DNA of 64,000 nt, from NCBI GenBank assembly GCA_031285625.1, contig JAITVV010000056.1:64001-128000 (forward strand), in the 5' to 3' direction. The stretch is from Prevotella sp. (GTDB lineage: Bacteria; Bacteroidota; Bacteroidia; Bacteroidales; Dysgonomonadaceae). The notes beneath the pieces were generated by a model, which saw nothing but the letters and a program-made list of their open reading frames with translations, was not told the origin of the DNA and made no database searches. How positions within the stretch are numbered: the stretch's first letter is position 1; every line of letters starts with the position of its first letter. A program made the translations under genes and the position numbers. This document shows, piece after piece, positions 60,076 to 64,000 of this stretch.

Positions 60076-60167
60076 GTATCAGGTTAGAAGTCGAAAGTAT
60101 AAAACATACCTTGATATTACTTTACCAAATTATTACTTATAACTCATTACTTACAACTTACAACTAA
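60073..60167. repeat. Opposed degenerate heptamer arrays
   Basis: TAAGTAT CAGGTTA GAAGTCG AAAGTAT ... TTACTTA TAACTCA TTACTTA CAACTTA CAACTAA. Confidence 0.55.
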
Positions 60168-60171
60168 AAAA

Positions 60172-61650
60172 ATGACAGAACAAGAATATATACAGGCACG
60201 CCGCAGCGAACCATGGAGAGAAGAACTCCGCAAAAATCTGAAAGCCAAAGAACGAGGAGAAAGAGCACGTGTACATATGCCCGAACTGGATGCAGAATAT
60301 AGAAGTCACTCCCTCAAGGAAGAAGTAAATCTGGGATTAACAGCAGAGCAGGCCGTATTTGAGGCTGCACGCTGTCTCGATTGTGCAAATCCTACATGTA
60401 TGCAAGGTTGCCCGGTAGGGATACAAATCCCGTCTTTCATCAAAAATATAGAAAGAGGTGAATTTCTCGAAGCAGCCAAAGTACTGAAAGAAACAAGTGC
60501 TCTACCTGCTGTCTGTGGCCGTGTATGTCCACAAGAAAAACAATGCGAAGCGCAGTGCATTTACATACAAAAAATGAAAAAAGAGCCGGTAGCAATCGGT
60601 TATCTTGAGAGATTTGCAGCAGACTACGAACGCGAAAGCGGACAAGTAGCCGTACCTGAACTAGCCCCGGCCAATGGTGTTAAAATAGCTGTTGTAGGGT
60701 CTGGCCCTGCAGGTCTGGCTTTTGCAGGAGATATGGCTAAATTTGGTTATGATGTGACCGTATTCGAAGCACTTCATGAAATTGGCGGTGTACTTAAATA
60801 CGGTATTCCCGAATTTCGCCTGCCTAACAAAATTGTAGATGTAGAGATAAATGTACTTCGCGATATGGGCGTAAAATTCATCAACAATTGCATCGTTGGT
60901 AAAACGATCACCCGTGAAGAACTACTGGAAGAAGGTTTCAAAGGTATTTTTGCTGCCAGTGGCGCCGGACTTCCTAATTTTATGAATATACCGGGAGAGA
61001 ACCTTATAGGGGTGATGTCTTGCAACGAATTCCTTACCCGTGTAAATCTGATGGATGCTTCAAATCCCGAAAGTGATACTCCTGTACAAATGGGCAAGAA
61101 AGTAGCCGTTATCGGAGCGGGAAATACAGCAATGGATGCTGTGCGTACAGCTAAACGCCTGGGTGCCGAGAAAGCCTACATTGTTTACCGCCGCTCGGAA
61201 GAAGAGATGCCTGCCCGTATAGAAGAGGTAAAACATGCTAAAGAAGAAGGGATAATATTCCACACACTACATAATCCTCTTAAATATGAAGGAGACGAAA
61301 ACGGACGCGTTCAGCGTATGCTTCTCCAAAAAATGGAATTGGGAGAACCGGATGCTTCAGGACGTCGCAAACCTGTTGCTATAGAAGGAGCCACCGAGTG
61401 GTTTGATGTAGATCAGGTGATCGTTAGTGTGGGAGTTTCTCCAAATCCGCTGATCCCATCAACATTCAAAGGTCTACAAGTTTCCAAATGGGGTACGATC
61501 ATTGTAAACCAAGATACTATGCAGTCTGATCTGCCTGAAGTATACGCAGGAGGTGATATAGTTCGTGGAGGAGCAACAGTAATCCTTGCTATGGGTGACG
61601 GACGCAAAGCTGCGGCTGCGATGGATAAAGCATTGAAGGAAAGTAAATAA
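60172..61650 (+). CDS. nfnB: GltD-like large subunit of NfnAB (often labelled NADPH glutamate synthase)
   Basis: RCLDC....C..GCP, CGRVCPQE.QC, GSGPAG, GAGNTAMD; adjacent to the PyrK-like gene, no gltB. Confidence 0.85.
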   Translation: MTEQEYIQARRSEPWREELRKNLKAKERGERARVHMPELDAEYRSHSLKEEVNLGLTAEQAVFEAARCLDCANPTCMQGCPVGIQIPSFIKNIERGEFLEAAKVLKETSALPAVCGRVCPQEKQCEAQCIYIQKMKKEPVAIGYLERFAADYERESGQVAVPELAPANGVKIAVVGSGPAGLAFAGDMAKFGYDVTVFEALHEIGGVLKYGIPEFRLPNKIVDVEINVLRDMGVKFINNCIVGKTITREELLEEGFKGIFAASGAGLPNFMNIPGENLIGVMSCNEFLTRVNLMDASNPESDTPVQMGKKVAVIGAGNTAMDAVRTAKRLGAEKAYIVYRRSEEEMPARIEEVKHAKEEGIIFHTLHNPLKYEGDENGRVQRMLLQKMELGEPDASGRRKPVAIEGATEWFDVDQVIVSVGVSPNPLIPSTFKGLQVSKWGTIIVNQDTMQSDLPEVYAGGDIVRGGATVILAMGDGRKAAAAMDKALKESK

Positions 61651-61673
61651 TTTATTTTCATTACATAAGAAAT

Positions 61674-61701
61674 AAGGAGGTAGTATGCTACTTCCTTTTT
61701 T
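61674..61701 (+). terminator. Intrinsic terminator
   Basis: AAGGAGGTAG-TATG-CTACTTCCTT followed by T residues. Confidence 0.75.
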
Positions 61702-61773
61702 CGTTTATCACGATTACTAAAATCGAAAAAAGTGTAATTTTACAAATAAGATTCAATAATACAATCTATTGCT

Positions 61774-62334
61774 ATGACTGAATATTTGTTATTTACTTCA
61801 CGGAATGAATTTAGAAACTGGCTATACACTAATTGCCTTTCTAGTGCTGGTGTTTGGCTATTATTTGGCAAATCAGACGGACCAAAAATATTAAAAGCCA
61901 GTGAAGCACTTGAAGAAGCCCTTTGTTTTGGTTGGATTGACGGGCAAATGCAAAGTTTAGATGACAAAACTTATATAAAATATTTCTCGTTACGCAGAAA
62001 AAACAGCAAGTGGTCAGAGAAAAATAAAACATTAGCTGAGGCGCTCGAGAAACAAGGCATCATGACCGACTATGGCAGAGAGAAAATAAACGAAGCAAAG
62101 GAAAACGGACAATGGAATGCACCAAAGTCGCCAACAATTACAGATGAGCAAATAATAATCTTATCCGGTCTGCTAAAAGAATACGAACCAGCCTATACTA
62201 ATTTCCAAGCAATGTCTCCCTCTGTAAGAAAGACGTATACACAGGCATATCTCGATGCCAAAACAGATGAAGGCCGCAATAAACGCCTGACATGGATAAT
62301 TGAACGGTTAAATAAAAATCTTAAGCCGATGTAG
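61774..62334 (+). CDS. YdeI/OmpD-associated family protein
   Basis: EALCFGWIDG, S.WS..NK, AKT.E.R.KR. Confidence 0.9.
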   Translation: MTEYLLFTSRNEFRNWLYTNCLSSAGVWLLFGKSDGPKILKASEALEEALCFGWIDGQMQSLDDKTYIKYFSLRRKNSKWSEKNKTLAEALEKQGIMTDYGREKINEAKENGQWNAPKSPTITDEQIIILSGLLKEYEPAYTNFQAMSPSVRKTYTQAYLDAKTDEGRNKRLTWIIERLNKNLKPM

Positions 62335-62456
62335 ATAACTAATTGTTTATCATCAATTTTACCCTGTTAACTATTTACATAAAATCATCATTAATTTTAA
62401 AGAAATAATGTATATTTGCCTTATAAGAATTTCACAATCTATACCAAAAGACAAAT

Positions 62457-63011
62457 ATGGAACTTGAAAACGTAAAAGAAAGAAGCAAAGTAGTTCTCAT
62501 GTTGGCACATCCCAACTTCGACGAATCCGAAGCGAATAAAGAATTGCTCGATGCTGTTTATAATCCCGCAGACGTGCTTTTATTCAACCTATATGGCGAA
62601 AAGGAGTATACAGTAACAGAATAGGCTAACATTATGTCAAAAGCTTCATTCGTTATATTCCAGTTCCCCTTTTACTGGATGTCGGCCCCTTCAAAACTTA
62701 AAGAATGGCAGGATACAGTACTGAATACATTGGCAAAAACACCCGCTATTTCGGGGAAACCATGTATGGTAGTGACTACAACCGGCTGGAGCCAGGAATC
62801 ATACAGAGGCGGAGGAAAGATAGGTTTTACTGTGGATGAACTGCTACGTCCATATCAGGCAGGATTTACATATGCAGGTATGATTTGGAAAACACCATTG
62901 GTAGTATACGGAATAGGAACGATTAATTCGGCAAAAAACATTTCGATAGGTGTGGAGCAATACAAGAATATTGTAAATCAATATATACAAACTTCTCAGG
63001 AAATATGGTAA
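62457..63011 (+). pseudogene. Flavodoxin-2 NAD(P)H oxidoreductase (KefF/KefG-like) with in-frame TAG
   Basis: ATG 62457 gives LAHPNFDESEANKEL; TAG at 62622-62624; continues in frame to FQFPFYWMSAP..LKEWQD; TATATTTG box at 62411-62418. Confidence 0.88.
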
Positions 63012-63037
63012 CCATGGATTATGGCCAATAATAACAG

Positions 63038-63068
63038 GTAGTTTGCGAAATTCGCAAACTACTTTTTT
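63038..63068 (+). terminator. Intrinsic terminator
   Basis: GTAGTTTGCGAA-A-TTCGCAAACTAC followed by TTTTTT. Confidence 0.85.
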
Positions 63069-63576
63069 ATATATAAGAGTCGATTTTGCCTTAATTATGT
63101 ACAAGTATAATCGTTCGTTCATTTTTGCAACTATCCTCTCTGCCGGAATACTTCACATCGTTCATACAATTCCATGCTCTTCAGTCTTTGGCCGTATAAA
63201 TTTCGACTAAATTGCTATGTATAAATAGCAAAACAACAAGGCTAAAAAATCAAAAAGACTGCTCACTTTCCATGCTTGTGTGCAAAACAAAAACGAGATG
63301 AAGGAAAAGCCGAATAATTACAAATTTTTAATGACAAATTGACAATTTTAATAACAGTTTTGTTTATTTATTCAGATATAAAAAGCTAAATTTGTGAGAC
63401 TATCAAAAGATTGATATACAATAAATGAATGTTTTCGTTAAGCAATAAGAGCAGACTCAAATTCACTTGAATTCTGCCTTTGTGAGAAAACGACTAATGA
63501 AGTTAAATTAATAAATTTAGAGCATACATAGTACTTGTTTTATGTTGCTCTTATCAGTATAATACATAGAAAAGTT

Positions 63577-64000
63577 ATGGGAAGAGAAATTAAATTCAGC
63601 CTCGTTTATCGTGACATGTGGCAGTCTTCGGGAAAATACCAGCCACGTGTTGACCAATTGACACAAGTAGCACCTGTAATTATTGATATGGGTTGTTTTG
63701 CCCGTGTTGAGACCAATGGTGGTGCTTTTGAACAAGTTAACTTACTTTATGGCGAAAATCCGAACAAAGCAGTTCGTGAATGGACAGCACCTTTCAACAA
63801 GGTAGGTATCCAAACACATATGCTGGAACGTGGATTGAATGCATTACGTATGTATCCGGTTCCAAAAGACGTGCGTCAATTAATGTTTAAAGTAAAACAT
63901 GCGCAGGGAACAAATATTTCGCGCTCTTTCGACGGATTGAATGACCCCCGTAACTTAGAATTATCTGTTAAGTATGCTAAAGAGGCAGGCATGATTTCAC
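63577..64000 (+). CDS. Pyruvate/oxaloacetate carboxyltransferase (OadA/PycB-like), 3' truncated; absent from ORF track
   Basis: MGREIKFSLVYRDMWQSSGKYQPR...VETNGGAFEQ...ENP...FDGLND; runs off the window end. Confidence 0.9.
   Translation, partial: MGREIKFSLVYRDMWQSSGKYQPRVDQLTQVAPVIIDMGCFARVETNGGAFEQVNLLYGENPNKAVREWTAPFNKVGIQTHMLERGLNALRMYPVPKDVRQLMFKVKHAQGTNISRSFDGLNDPRNLELSVKYAKEAGMIS

Noticed and set aside
60172-61650. Glutamate synthase assignment
   Set aside because: No gltB large subunit nearby; pairing with the PyrK-like gene indicates NfnAB.
62622-62624. Pyrrolysine or amber recoding
   Set aside because: TAG is a normal stop for several genes here and no pyl genes are visible.
63070-63380. 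Small ORFs or ncRNA in the long intergenic gap
   Set aside because: Only very short ORFs without motifs and no convincing structure.

Overview
AT-rich Bacteroidales chromosomal window; the gene content and TAnnTTTG promoter boxes suggest a Dysgonomonas-like organism (inference). It holds about 60 mostly housekeeping, envelope and transport genes: a TolC-HlyD-two-permease exporter, rlmD, an ECF sigma pair, DUF2339, GH43, glyA, an LTA-synthase-family gene, an NrtR-like regulator, OmpA, rhomboid, tandem glycosyltransferase-like genes, alpha-2-macroglobulin, zupT, mntH, aguA/aguB, pgeF, a Cys-rich ORF plus TonB receptor, ybeY, nfnAB and a partial carboxyltransferase. I saw no rRNA, tRNA, CRISPR array, integrase or transposase. 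The most notable items are: (1) a ~90-100 bp non-coding element present three times (1396-1494, 46154-46242, 55030-55120), with an identical 25-mer in two copies and an embedded -7 promoter box always pointing at the downstream gene; (2) an orphan SMI1/KNR4 immunity cassette inside the aguA-aguB operon; (3) a Cys-rich/PP ORF that may be a metal-sensing upstream ORF for a TonB receptor; (4) REP-like palindromic elements, one with a nested 30-bp insert; (5) five apparent gene lesions. All family calls come from motif recognition, not database searches.
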